42,417 nucleotides of DNA, taken from contig JBDRPD010000091.1 of assembly GCA_043827405.1 (NCBI GenBank), positions 1-42,417 of the forward strand. The letters run 5' to 3'. The notes beneath the pieces were generated by a model. That model searched no databases. It was not told where the DNA came from and was given only the letters and a program-made list of their open reading frames with translations. This document shows, piece after piece, positions 1-9,711 of the stretch. The position numbers were made by a program, and so were the translations under genes. Position 1 is the first letter of the stretch, and the number at the start of each line of letters is the position of its first letter. The DNA comes from Elusimicrobiota bacterium. Its GTDB lineage: Bacteria; Elusimicrobiota; Elusimicrobia; UBA1565.

Positions 1-601
1 CCATATCCCCCAGCACCTTCTCGGCGCGCTTGCGCGCGAAGCCGCCGATGCCGACCACAAACTTCGGCCGGTAATACTCCACCAGCCGCCGCAGAGCCGT
101 ATCGCAGGCTGCCATTAGCGGCTGCCGTTCACCCGGCGGCAGCTTATCCGGCGTGAGGTTGCGCCCGCTCTCTTCCACAAAGGAAAGCGGACAGAAATTT
201 AAAATCAAATGCCTGGCAAAAAACCGTTCCGGCGTCTTAAACGTATCCCGCGCCCAGCCCCACAGCCGCGCCCCGCTCACCTCGGAGCGCGTGGTCGCAA
301 AGCCCAGCACCGGCCGCTTCGGATGCTCGCGCGCCGGCTTGCCCACCGGCGCCTCAAGGCCGAGCCAGTCCCGCGCCAGGTTCACCTCGCCGAAAGGGAT
401 GCCCGTCTGCGCCATGCCCCAAGGCCCCGGGTTCATGCCGAGCCACAGCACCTCCTTGCGGCCCGCGCCATAGCGCGTCAAATACAGCTCATGCGGCTTC
501 CAGGCATACTCCAGAGGGTTGTAGACATAGGCCGCCGGGGGTTTAAACGCCAGCCGCTTCACGTCCTGCGCCAGCTGCCGGGTTATTTCGACGGGATGCA
601 C
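1..601 (-). CDS. SMUG1-type (family 3) uracil-DNA glycosylase, 3' end runs off the window
   Basis: Not in the ORF track. Manual minus-strand translation from GTG at 601 gives ...VYNPLEYAW...LGMNPGPWGMAQTGIPFGEV...RSEVSGARLWG...NFCPLSF...GRNLTPDKL...VVGIG, the SMUG1 motifs. Confidence 0.9.
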   Translation of the reverse strand, partial: MHPVEITRQLAQDVKRLAFKPPAAYVYNPLEYAWKPHELYLTRYGAGRKEVLWLGMNPGPWGMAQTGIPFGEVNLARDWLGLEAPVGKPAREHPKRPVLGFATTRSEVSGARLWGWARDTFKTPERFFARHLILNFCPLSFVEESGRNLTPDKLPPGERQPLMAACDTALRRLVEYYRPKFVVGIGGFARKRAEKVLGDM

Positions 602-602
602 G

Positions 603-1793
603 TCAGTCCAGCGGGTAAATCGACCCCGGATGCCCCTGCTTCTTGAAGGGCTTGCGCACATAGGGCTTGGCCTCGACGCGCAGTCCCCAGTAGTCCGGTT
701 CGCTCGCTGCGGCGCGAAAAGACCGGCGCGCCTTATCGTGCGCTGCCATGAGATCCGCCAGCTGCCCGGAGCGGATCAGGGCCCAAACCGACCAGCGGCT
801 CAGCTGCCCCTTGAGACGGATATCGGCGCCCGAATCGTAGGCCGCGACCGCCTCCTGCAGCTTGCCGAGCGCCCAGTAGGCCGTGCCGAGTATCACATAG
901 CCCTTGGCGGCGTCGATGGGGCGGTAGCGGCCGTCATTCACCGCCGCCTGAAAAGCGTTCGCTCCCTCCAGGACCTGCTCGTAGCGCTCCGCTTCATAGA
1001 GCGCGATCAGCTGCGCCCCGTGGATCATGGCGCTCACCGGATAGCGCTTGCGAATATCGTCTAAAATCCTGAGCGCGTGCTCCGGGTCTTTGTTGTCGAA
1101 GCGGTCCATGATATAGATTTCGATGAGCAGCAGCTGCGCCGCGACCTTGGTATAGCGGCCTTTGTCCGCCACTAGCGACAGGATCTTGATGCCCCGCTTG
1201 CGGTTGCCGTGCAGCACAAGCTTGGCCAGCGCTCCGATAAAGTGCGGATAAGCGTCGGAATAGTAGTCGTACATCCCCACCCCGATATAGGCGTCGTAGT
1301 TCTCGGGATCGGCGGCCACCGCCTTCTTCATGATCTTGACGGCCTTGCGCCCGTATATAAAAGCCTTGATCCATTGCTTGCGCATGACCAGCAGGCGGCT
1401 CCACACCCCGTAGGATGAGGCCAGCAGCATCAGGCCCTGGCTGTCTGCGGGGTGCTTCTTGACCCAGCTCTCGGACTTACTGATAGCGGTCCGCATCCGC
1501 CGCTCAAACTGCGGCAGGATATTTTGATCGGTCTGCTCGGTATCATAGATGAAGCGGACGAACTCCACGGCGCCGAGCGCGAAATAACCGATGGGGTGCT
1601 CGGGCGCGAGCTCGATCACGCGCAGCCCCTCGGCTTCGGAGGCGTCGAAGTTCATCTCGTAGATCGCGTCGAGACCGCGCATCACATGCTTGTCCATCTC
1701 CGGAGTGATGAACACCTCGCTCGCGGCGCTGCCCGCAAGCGCCAACGGCAGGCACAGGGCCGCCGCGGCCAGAATAGAGCTTCCGTTCTTCAC
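603..1793 (-). CDS. Secreted tetratricopeptide-repeat protein
   Basis: Signal peptide (MKNGSSILAAAALCLPLALAGSAAS) and TPR-like helices (KAVAADPENYDAYIGVGMYDY; KGYVILGTAYWALGKLQEAVAAY). Stop is 1 nt from the SMUG1 start. Confidence 0.75.
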   Translation of the reverse strand: MKNGSSILAAAALCLPLALAGSAASEVFITPEMDKHVMRGLDAIYEMNFDASEAEGLRVIELAPEHPIGYFALGAVEFVRFIYDTEQTDQNILPQFERRMRTAISKSESWVKKHPADSQGLMLLASSYGVWSRLLVMRKQWIKAFIYGRKAVKIMKKAVAADPENYDAYIGVGMYDYYSDAYPHFIGALAKLVLHGNRKRGIKILSLVADKGRYTKVAAQLLLIEIYIMDRFDNKDPEHALRILDDIRKRYPVSAMIHGAQLIALYEAERYEQVLEGANAFQAAVNDGRYRPIDAAKGYVILGTAYWALGKLQEAVAAYDSGADIRLKGQLSRWSVWALIRSGQLADLMAAHDKARRSFRAAASEPDYWGLRVEAKPYVRKPFKKQGHPGSIYPLD

Positions 1794-1858
1794 TTGGAGA
1801 TATTGACAAATTTCCGCAGCGTTTTGGGGTATGCTAGAATCCGCCTAGCAGGTCCCCC

Positions 1859-3532
1859 ATGAACGCCAAGCATATCACCCGCTCCCTGCCCGCCTCGATC
1901 GACGGCGTCATCTTCGGCCTCATCATGGTGCTGGCGGCCTTTTTGGGACGCGAAAACCCGTACTTTGTTTACCCGAATATCCTGTGGTGCTTCCTGGTCT
2001 TCCTCGCCTTCAACCTATTGAACTTTTCCCTGCTGACCCGGCTCATGGACGATCAGCGGCGCATGCTGCTTTCCATCGGCGCCAATATCCTGTTCGTGTC
2101 CGCCGCCGTGCACTACTCGGGAGGCCGGCAGTCCTATTTCTGGGTAATGTATCTGCTCCCGGTATTTCACGCCTGCATCGCTTTCACCCGCGGCGGCGTC
2201 CTGGTGATTACCGCGAGCATCATTATGCTGCTCGGCCTGCTCCATGTCGGGACCGTGCCGGAGCTCGACTTGACCGTGATGTTCGAATTCCTGGTGAAAG
2301 CGGCGACCGTCCTGCTCTCCGCCCTCGTGGTCCGCCGCACCGTGCTCGGAGAGCGCGAGGCGAACAAGCGCCTCGCGGAGGGGCAGCGCACCATGGCCCA
2401 GGAACGCGAAACGGCGAGGACCACTTTACAGCATATGGACCGCCTGGCCACCCTGGGCACGCTCACCGCCAGCGTCGCGCATGAGATCAACTCGCCGCTG
2501 ACTTCGATCCTCGGCTTCGCCCAGATTTCCATGGACGTCCGCGCCAGCGACGAGATCAAGAAGGACGCCCTGCGCCGGATCGAGAGCAGCGCCAACCGCT
2601 GCAAGAAAATCATCCAGGACATGCTCCGCTTCTCGCGCAAAGAGAAAAGCGAGCGCCGGCCGGCGGACATCAACGAGCTGATCAAGGAGTGCGTCGAGCT
2701 TAAGCGCCATGACTGGCTCACCGACACCCTGCATGTTCACGAGGACTATGACGAAGACCTGCCGCAGGTATCCCTCTTGGGAGCGGAGTTCCAGCAGGTC
2801 ATCTTCAACCTGCTGACCAACGCCCAGCACGCGATCCGCGACGCCCGCCGCGAAGACGGCCGCATCGAAGTACGGACCGCCGGAGAAGAGGAATGGGTCA
2901 CGGTAGCCATCAGCGACAACGGCCCGGGAATCCCGGAAAAAATCAGCAAGAAGATCTGGGAGCCTTTCTTTACCACCAAGTCCGACAACAAGGGCACCGG
3001 GCTGGGCCTGTCGATCTCCCGCAAGATCGTCGAAGCGCAAGGCGGCGAGATCGCCGTCGACACCCGCCCCGGCGAAGGCGCCGTGTTCACGCTCCGCTTT
3101 CCCCTCGAGGACGGCGCGCGCCCGCACCTTCCGCCCGCGCCGCCGTCCGCGCCGCCGCGCCGCTCAAACGACAAGATTCTGCTGGCGGAAAACGATCACC
3201 AGAGCGCGAATCTCATGCGCATCCTGCTCATCAACTACAAGCGCTCGGTCGACAGCGTCGAGACCTTCGAACAGGTGCTCGCCGGCGTGCGCGAGGAGCT
3301 GCCCGCGCTGCTGATCATCAGCCTCGACATGCCGGAAATGCGCGCCTACGATTTCCTGCGGACGCTCGACCGGGAGGGGCTGCTGGAAGCCATGGACGTT
3401 CTGGTCGTAACCGGCGCGCCGCTGGACGCCGCCACCGAGGAGTACGTCAAGCTGAAGGGATTTCCGATTCTCGCCAAGCCCTTCGACATCAAAGCGTTCC
3501 ACGAGAAAGTCGATGACTTTCTCCGCCGATAG
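1859..3532 (+). CDS. Membrane hybrid sensor histidine kinase with C-terminal (pseudo)receiver
   Basis: About 5 TM helices, H-box VAHEINSPLT, N-box QVIFNLLTNA, DNGPGI, FFTTK, GTGLGL, then a receiver-like tail ending KPF. Confidence 0.9.
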   Translation: MNAKHITRSLPASIDGVIFGLIMVLAAFLGRENPYFVYPNILWCFLVFLAFNLLNFSLLTRLMDDQRRMLLSIGANILFVSAAVHYSGGRQSYFWVMYLLPVFHACIAFTRGGVLVITASIIMLLGLLHVGTVPELDLTVMFEFLVKAATVLLSALVVRRTVLGEREANKRLAEGQRTMAQERETARTTLQHMDRLATLGTLTASVAHEINSPLTSILGFAQISMDVRASDEIKKDALRRIESSANRCKKIIQDMLRFSRKEKSERRPADINELIKECVELKRHDWLTDTLHVHEDYDEDLPQVSLLGAEFQQVIFNLLTNAQHAIRDARREDGRIEVRTAGEEEWVTVAISDNGPGIPEKISKKIWEPFFTTKSDNKGTGLGLSISRKIVEAQGGEIAVDTRPGEGAVFTLRFPLEDGARPHLPPAPPSAPPRRSNDKILLAENDHQSANLMRILLINYKRSVDSVETFEQVLAGVREELPALLIISLDMPEMRAYDFLRTLDREGLLEAMDVLVVTGAPLDAATEEYVKLKGFPILAKPFDIKAFHEKVDDFLRR

Positions 3533-4950
3533 CCCAGCGCCGGAACCAGCAGCAGCGCCAGCGTCAGCCCCCCCGCCGCCGCCATGCACAGCGGACCGAC
3601 CAGCCAGCCGACGGCGGTATAGAACGTCCCGCCCCGTGCCAGGCGCGCCGTTCCGTACAGGACGCCGGACTCGAGCGCCGGCAGCCGCGCGCGCACACGC
3701 CCGGACGGATCGATAATCTGCGAGGTCCCGGAAGACGCGGCGCGCACGAGCCACAGCCCGGATTCCACTGCGCGCACCGCCGACATCGCGGAGTGCTGGG
3801 CATGCTGCCACTTCCCCCATTCGGCGGGATCGAGGTTCGTCACCACCAGGAGCTCGGCGCCGTCCCGCACCATCCGGCGCGTACCGTCCTCGAAGTCGAG
3901 GTCGTAGCAGATCTGCAAACCCAGCCGGCCCAGCGGAGTATCGACCGGCCGCGGCGCCGGATTCGGTTCCAGGAGCCGTTCGACATAGGGGATCGGATGG
4001 AGCTTGGCGTAGCGGCCCAGCTCGCGGCCGTCCGCGTCGAGCACCCAGGAGAAGTTCCGCATCCGCTCATGCTTTTCCTCCGGAAACACCGCGGCGCCCA
4101 GCACCTTGACCGCGCGGGACGTCCCCAGGCTCTTGGCGACGAGCTTGCGGTAGCGCTCCTCGCGCCCCGGCCGGACGGCGAAGGAGTACTCCGGCCAGAC
4201 CAGGAGATCGGCGCCGCGAACGCGCGGCTCGAGGCTGCGCCGGGCGAGCCGCTCCAAGTCGTAGCTCTCATCCTGGACCAGCGCCACCGTAATCTCCCGG
4301 CCGCGGTCGACGGGCAGCTCCGCGGCCCGGCGCTCGCCGAAAAAAAGCAGCAGCGCCACCGCGCCGAGCAGCAGCTCGCCGGGAATACGGCGCCCTTTTA
4401 TAAACAGCACGGCGGCCGCATTGGCCGCGGCGATCACCCCCGATAATCCATAGAGCCCCCAGACGCTCGCCGACTGCAGCGCGGCCAAGCTTCCCGCCTG
4501 GCTGTAGCCCAAAGCGAGCCACGAGCACTCCAGCGGCCAGGCCTCGGCGCGAAAGTATTCGATCCCGGTCCAGGCGACGCCCGCGAGCGCGACCCAGAAC
4601 AAATCCGCCGCCAGGCCGGGCCTCCGGCCCGCACGGTCCTGCGCCGCACGCAGCAGCGCGGCGTGCAGCGCGGGAGCCAAAGCGAACACGCACCAAAACG
4701 CCGCCGCGCTCCAGCCGAATACCTTGACCAGCCAGTGCAGCGACAGCGAATAGAACACCAGGCCCGCCGCGGCGCCGAGGTTGGCGGCCTCGTGCGCGCC
4801 GCGGCTGGCGCGCACCGCCAGCCATAGAGGCACCAGCGCGCCATAGGCGAGAAAGCCGCAGCCGAACGGCGGGAACGCCGCCGCGAGCAGCAGGCCGGAC
4901 AGCGCCGCCGCGGAGTATCCGCCGACAAACCGCCTTGTTTCCCCGTTCAT
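3346..4950 (-). CDS. lnt: Apolipoprotein N-acyltransferase
   Basis: N-terminal TM region (AAAFPPFG, EYFR, LGYSQ, GLYGLS) plus nitrilase triad VWPE / YAKLHP / QICYD. The last ~60 aa overlap the convergent kinase gene. Confidence 0.85.
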   Translation of the reverse strand: MNGETRRFVGGYSAAALSGLLLAAAFPPFGCGFLAYGALVPLWLAVRASRGAHEAANLGAAAGLVFYSLSLHWLVKVFGWSAAAFWCVFALAPALHAALLRAAQDRAGRRPGLAADLFWVALAGVAWTGIEYFRAEAWPLECSWLALGYSQAGSLAALQSASVWGLYGLSGVIAAANAAAVLFIKGRRIPGELLLGAVALLLFFGERRAAELPVDRGREITVALVQDESYDLERLARRSLEPRVRGADLLVWPEYSFAVRPGREERYRKLVAKSLGTSRAVKVLGAAVFPEEKHERMRNFSWVLDADGRELGRYAKLHPIPYVERLLEPNPAPRPVDTPLGRLGLQICYDLDFEDGTRRMVRDGAELLVVTNLDPAEWGKWQHAQHSAMSAVRAVESGLWLVRAASSGTSQIIDPSGRVRARLPALESGVLYGTARLARGGTFYTAVGWLVGPLCMAAAGGLTLALLLVPALGYRRRKSSTFSWNALMSKGLARIGNPFSLTYSSVAASSGAPVTTRTSMASSSPSRSSVRRKS

Positions 4951-5164
4951 AACATCCCCCCTCGCCCCGCCTAAAACAGATCAATTTATATGCCGATAAA
5001 CGCCGGGGACGCCGCGGGGCGGACGCAAGAGCGGTACCGCAAGGCCCAAATTTTTTTGGGTCTAATAACGGCTAACTTTCACCCTTAGGTCTCATGCCTG
5101 AATTCGAGGCAGCATGTACTATGATGCTGTCAGCAGCCGGAGGTGGAGTCAGAGGAACGCACTT

Positions 5165-5392
5165 ATGTCTAAAATTATAGGCGAAGAAACAATGGCCGAA
5201 ATCGCGGCAAAGAATCAGGGTCTGGAACCGGACCGTCCATCCAACCGGATGGTGCGCAACTGGGCCAAACTGATTTCGAAGGGCCGCGCGAACGTGATTC
5301 CCGTATTTGTGGACGGCAGCTGGACGCTCCATGTCCTGCGCGGACACAAACGAGTCCTGCAGTTCGCCATCGGCAAAGAACGCGAGTCCTAA
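5165..5392 (+). CDS. Small hypothetical protein (~75 aa)
   Basis: ORF 5114..5392 with AGAGGA upstream of ATG 5165. Fills the gap and its stop overlaps the convergent kinase stop. Confidence 0.55.
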   Translation: MSKIIGEETMAEIAAKNQGLEPDRPSNRMVRNWAKLISKGRANVIPVFVDGSWTLHVLRGHKRVLQFAIGKERES

Positions 5393-7341
5393 GCTAAAGG
5401 CAGCTCCACGACGAATCGCGCGCCGGGCCCGGGGGCTCTGTTTTCAGCCCAGGCTCGGCCGTCGTACAGTTCGGCCAGCCGCCGCACCATAGCGAGCCCC
5501 AGGCCCGTACCGCCGGGGCTTCTCGTTGCGAAGGGAATAAACAGCCGCGGCAGCGCCTCCTCCGGAATCCCCGCGCCGTTGTCGAGCACTTCAAGAACCG
5601 CTTTTCCTTGCGCGGCGGTGAGCCGCACCAGCACCTGCGGCGCGGCGCCGCCCTGCTGCGCGGCGCGGGCCGCATTCTTGATCAGGTTCAAAAGGATCTG
5701 CTGCAAGTGGCCGCCCGACACCCCCAGCACCACGGACTCGCCCGCGAACTTCAGCTCCAGACCGGAGGGCAGATCCGTCTTGAGCAGACGCATCGCGCGC
5801 TCCCAGGCGGCCCGCCATTCGACCTTGGCGTTTTTACCGCGGGGAGCGGAATAGTCGACGAGCTCCGTCACGATCCCGTTGAGCCCCTCGACCTCCTCCT
5901 TAAGAATCCGCAGGCAGTCCCGGCGGCTCTGCTCCGGAATGCCGCGGCTTAAAAGCTCAACCGCGCCCAAAATCGCGCTCAGCGGATTGCGCACATCATG
6001 CGCGATCCCGGCCGCCAGCATGCCCATCTGCGCCAGGCGGTCGGCATGCAGGACCTCCTGGGTCAGCTCGACGCCTTTGACCGCGCGGCCGAGCGCCACG
6101 CCCAGACGCCGCAGCACCCGCAGATCCGCCAGATCGTAGTAGCCCTGGCTGGCCGGGCCCGCCAGCAGCGCCGCGACCAGCTCGCCCTCGCGCGTGACGG
6201 GGGCCAGCGCGCGCTTGCCGCCCCGCTCCAGCCATTCCCTGAGGACGCGATATTCTGCGGAACCTTGCCGCCGCAGGCCGGACAGCGTATAGGCCTGCGG
6301 ATTTCCGGCCAGCGGGACGCGCAGCTCATCGGGCAGCGTCCGGGACGGCTCGATGCCGCGCAAGGCCGCGCGGTCCCACCAGATCTCCGTTTCGGCGCCC
6401 CATATCGCGCGCACGGCATCCGCCGCCGCCCGCTCGACGTCCGCCAGCCTGGCCGCGCCCTCGAGGCCGCGCTCGAAGCGCTCCAGGGCGCGCTCGTGGC
6501 CGGCCTGACGCTGGAACACCAGCTGGTTGAAGGCGCGATTGACGCGCTCCCAAACGAGCGGCAAAATAATGACCAAGGCCAGGCTGAGCGCGAAGAAGTT
6601 CAAAAACAGCTGCCCTTCCAGCCGCTGGGTCAGCCAGGCGAGCCCCGCCAGGATCAGGGCGAGGATCGACGACGAAGCGATCAGGGCGAAGGCGCGGCCC
6701 GCAGCCGAACGCAGATCAAGGAGGTAATGCTTCTCAATCGCCGTCAGCACGATCAGCGAGTAGGTCATCAGCGACAGGTTCGCCAGCGACAGAAACGGCA
6801 CGCCCAGCTGCGGCAGAAAATCGGTAAAGCCGCCGACGACCGCGATCACGAAGGCCGCCAGCAGGTAGCCGCGGCGGTTCTTCTCGGCGGCGTCCTCCGA
6901 CTGCCGCCAGTGCAGAAACAGCAGCGCCAGACAGAGGCCGAAGATCGGTATGCCGCCGAAGATGAAGGCCGCGCGAAACTGCAGCAGCGAAATACGTCCC
7001 GTCCACATAAGAACAATGAGGAGAAGGCCGGCGGCGTAGAGCGGCACCGTGCGCCGCTGGCGCGCGCCTTGCGGCAGCCCCGTGAACGCCCAAACAAAAG
7101 ACAGGCCGGCGCCCGGCAGGACCGCCAGCGGCGTAAACAGCGCCTGCATCCAGAACGGATCGGCGAACGCCGGATACACCTTTACATAAACGAGACTCCA
7201 GGCGGCGAAAGAGAAGCTGATCACCGCCAGGCTGCGATAGAGGCTGCGGCCGCGGGAACGCGCGTAGGCCAGGCAGCCGATGACGGTATTGAGCAGCGCC
7301 GAGCCCAGCGCCGCCGCGGCCGGCCAGGTCAGCCAGCTCAC
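5389..7341 (-). CDS. Multi-TM sensor histidine kinase with GAF-like linker
   Basis: About 8-9 TM helices, GAF-like segment (ALAPVTREGELVAALLAG...YYDLADLRVL), H-box IAHDVRNPL, QILLNLIKNA, DNGAGI, GTGLGL. Start placed at GTG 7341, which overlaps the upstream stop (GTGA). Confidence 0.88.
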   Translation of the reverse strand: MSWLTWPAAAALGSALLNTVIGCLAYARSRGRSLYRSLAVISFSFAAWSLVYVKVYPAFADPFWMQALFTPLAVLPGAGLSFVWAFTGLPQGARQRRTVPLYAAGLLLIVLMWTGRISLLQFRAAFIFGGIPIFGLCLALLFLHWRQSEDAAEKNRRGYLLAAFVIAVVGGFTDFLPQLGVPFLSLANLSLMTYSLIVLTAIEKHYLLDLRSAAGRAFALIASSSILALILAGLAWLTQRLEGQLFLNFFALSLALVIILPLVWERVNRAFNQLVFQRQAGHERALERFERGLEGAARLADVERAAADAVRAIWGAETEIWWDRAALRGIEPSRTLPDELRVPLAGNPQAYTLSGLRRQGSAEYRVLREWLERGGKRALAPVTREGELVAALLAGPASQGYYDLADLRVLRRLGVALGRAVKGVELTQEVLHADRLAQMGMLAAGIAHDVRNPLSAILGAVELLSRGIPEQSRRDCLRILKEEVEGLNGIVTELVDYSAPRGKNAKVEWRAAWERAMRLLKTDLPSGLELKFAGESVVLGVSGGHLQQILLNLIKNAARAAQQGGAAPQVLVRLTAAQGKAVLEVLDNGAGIPEEALPRLFIPFATRSPGGTGLGLAMVRRLAELYDGRAWAENRAPGPGARFVVELPLA

Positions 7342-8372
7342 CGCCGCCCCCGGCCGCCCAAACCCGACTCCTTGCGGTACTGCGCGACCGAGCGCCGCGA
7401 CAGATGAATCCGGTAGCGCTCGGCCAGCGTCCGGCACAACCCTTCATCGGAGAGCTGCGGCGCCGCGGCGGCCAGCTCGGCGACCGTTTCACGCGCGAGG
7501 CTCTTGGCGCTCGGGCACAGGACGCGCAGCGGCGCTTCGACGCCCCAAGGCAACTCCACCGCTTTTCGGGCGAGCAGCCGATTAATCACGCTCGGCTCGG
7601 AGTCCACCGCAACGGCAAGCGCGCGCTGCGTCAGCGGCTGCCGGTCGGCGGGATCACCGCTCAGAAAATATGCGGCCTGCGCCTGCAGCAGGCATTCGAG
7701 CACCTGATAGAGCGTCGTCTTGCGCCGGTCGATGAGCTCGAGACGGGACAGCAGGCGCCGCACGCGCTCCCGCTGCGTCGGGTCCAGGCCGGCGCAGCAG
7801 GCCGCGGCCCGCTCCGCGTCGATATGGTAGCGCCCCTTCCAAACCTCGCGGTTGAAAAACTGCAGGACCGGCCGGCCGCCCGCGACGCCGATGCCGGCGA
7901 CCGTACTGAACGTCACAACCGGAGCGGCGGGCGCCGGGTCCGCAAAGGTCTCGCGGACATACATGCGGTTGATGAAGTCGCGAACGCGGCGGACTTCAGC
8001 GGACGTCAGCCCCGTCTTCTTCGCCCGCTCAGCGTCCCGCATCCGCTCGCCGCCGAGGAAGCATTGCTCGAACTTCCGGCGTCCGACCCGGCGCAGAAGA
8101 CGGACCAGGTCCGACTTGCCGTCCAGAATCTCCGCCAGTCCGGTAGCGCGCGCCGCGAGGCTCAGCCCGGAAAACTTCCGCGTCGCGAAAAAAGCCCGGG
8201 GAAACGCCGTCACCCGCACCGCTCCCGCCGCCGTCAGCGCGGCGAACTGCGGCTTGGCTTCCAGCCCCGCCGCCTCGCGCGCGAGCTCGGCGTCGCTCAT
8301 CGTGAAAAGCCGCGCCAGCTTCATGCCCGCGAGCTGCTTGAGCGACGTCCGCAGCGCCGGCTTAACGGCCAT
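7338..8372 (-). CDS. Divergent, short RNA polymerase sigma-54 (RpoN)-like factor
   Basis: The C-terminus follows the RpoN ELH/HTH and DNA-binding domain (RRKTTLYQVLECLLQAQAAYFLSGD...PLTQRALA...EPSVINR...K...PWG...LSDEGL...SRRSVAQYRK). The N-terminus resembles region I. GGAGG precedes ATG 8372. Confidence 0.78.
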   Translation of the reverse strand: MAVKPALRTSLKQLAGMKLARLFTMSDAELAREAAGLEAKPQFAALTAAGAVRVTAFPRAFFATRKFSGLSLAARATGLAEILDGKSDLVRLLRRVGRRKFEQCFLGGERMRDAERAKKTGLTSAEVRRVRDFINRMYVRETFADPAPAAPVVTFSTVAGIGVAGGRPVLQFFNREVWKGRYHIDAERAAACCAGLDPTQRERVRRLLSRLELIDRRKTTLYQVLECLLQAQAAYFLSGDPADRQPLTQRALAVAVDSEPSVINRLLARKAVELPWGVEAPLRVLCPSAKSLARETVAELAAAAPQLSDEGLCRTLAERYRIHLSRRSVAQYRKESGLGGRGRR

Positions 8373-9675
8373 GCCCCGCCTCCAGCATCCGGCCCAGCCG
8401 CTTGGCCGCCTCGCCGTCGGGATCAAACGCGAGCGCGCGCGCCAGCTGACGCCGCGCCGCCGCGGTCATTCCCACACCGTGCAGCGCGAAGCCCTCCAGC
8501 GCGCAGGCGACCGACAGCTGATCATCCCGCGTCAGCTGAAAAAGAACCGGCGGATGCTGCTCCAAGCGCCGGATCGCGCCGCTCGCGGCGGTCCTCGCCG
8601 CCGCATAGCGCTTGCCGTCGAGCAGCAGCGAGGCGCGCATGAGCTCCGCTTCCGCGAACTCCGGCTGCCGGCGAGCGGCCTCCGCGAACCGGCCGAGCGC
8701 GTCGTTCCGGCGCCCGGCGGCGCCCGCGATCAGCCCCTGCCCGTAGCTCTCGATCGCCAGCCGCCATTTTTCATCCGCGTCGATACGTTCCGCGAGCGCG
8801 CCCGCACGCTCGGCCTTCCAGCCCTCCTTCCGGAGGTAGGCCGTAAACTCCGCCATCTTCGCCAAATCCTCGGCATAGCGCGCCAGCTGCCCGCGGCCCA
8901 GCGACTCGTAGAGCTTCTGCCATTCCTTGGTGAGAGCGAGAACCTCCCGGCGATGGCGCAGAGCGGCCCGCGCCTCCGCGGCGAGACGCCGCGTATCGCC
9001 CGCATTGAGCGCGCTCATCGCCGCGTCGAGCCGCATCACCTGGCCGTAGTCGTGATAGTGCAGCGCCGTCAGGTACCAGCCGATCAGGCTCCCGTCGCTC
9101 GCGGTACGGCGCCAGGCGCCTTGGCGCAGGGCGAGCAGACGCCGGTAGTATTCGTCGGAGACCTCGCGCCGGTCGAGTTCGAACGAGGTGACAAATACCA
9201 TCATATAGGCCTGCCAGGCGTTCGGGTTAACCGCAATCGCCCGCTTGAAGAGCTCCAGCGCCCGCTTCTTGCCTTCCGGGTCCTCGCCGGTATCCGTCTT
9301 CCAGGACAAGGACTGCCCTTCATCGATCAGCCGGCCCGCCACGTAGTCCTGGCGCACGATGGAACCGAGGAAAGTGAAAGGCAGCAGGAAGAAAAGAAAC
9401 AGCGTCGCGGCCGCGAGCAGCAGCCCGCGCATGCCGCGCGTAATGACGAGATAGGGCGGCAGCGCCAGCGGCCACAGAAGCATGGCCCACGGCCACAGCG
9501 CCGCGTCCTGCCCTTGCCCCGGCGCATCGCGGCGAATCCACCAGGCAAAGAACCCGCCCAGCACGACGCCCAGCACTCCCGCGCACAGCAGCGCCGGCCA
9601 GGACGGCAGCAGGATCAGCGCCAAGGCGCAGACGGCGCCGCCCGCTATCCCGCCGACGAGGCTCCGGTTGGTCAC
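8362..9675 (-). CDS. Membrane-anchored TPR protein
   Basis: About 4 N-terminal TM segments and TPR helices (ALELFKRAIAVNPNAWQAY; ARRQLARALAFDPDGEAA). Stop overlaps the start region of the sigma-54-like gene. Confidence 0.7.
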   Translation of the reverse strand: MTNRSLVGGIAGGAVCALALILLPSWPALLCAGVLGVVLGGFFAWWIRRDAPGQGQDAALWPWAMLLWPLALPPYLVITRGMRGLLLAAATLFLFFLLPFTFLGSIVRQDYVAGRLIDEGQSLSWKTDTGEDPEGKKRALELFKRAIAVNPNAWQAYMMVFVTSFELDRREVSDEYYRRLLALRQGAWRRTASDGSLIGWYLTALHYHDYGQVMRLDAAMSALNAGDTRRLAAEARAALRHRREVLALTKEWQKLYESLGRGQLARYAEDLAKMAEFTAYLRKEGWKAERAGALAERIDADEKWRLAIESYGQGLIAGAAGRRNDALGRFAEAARRQPEFAEAELMRASLLLDGKRYAAARTAASGAIRRLEQHPPVLFQLTRDDQLSVACALEGFALHGVGMTAAARRQLARALAFDPDGEAAKRLGRMLEAGHGR

Positions 9676-9711
9676 GCCATTCCCCGCATCATCTCAGGAT
9701 ACCTAATTACA

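Noticed and set aside
4993..5140. Fragments resembling a c-di-GMP-I riboswitch (AAACGCC..GGCGGACGCAA, GGGTCTAA)
   Set aside because: No GNRA-capped P2, wrong spacing between motifs and no convincing P1. Would need cmscan.
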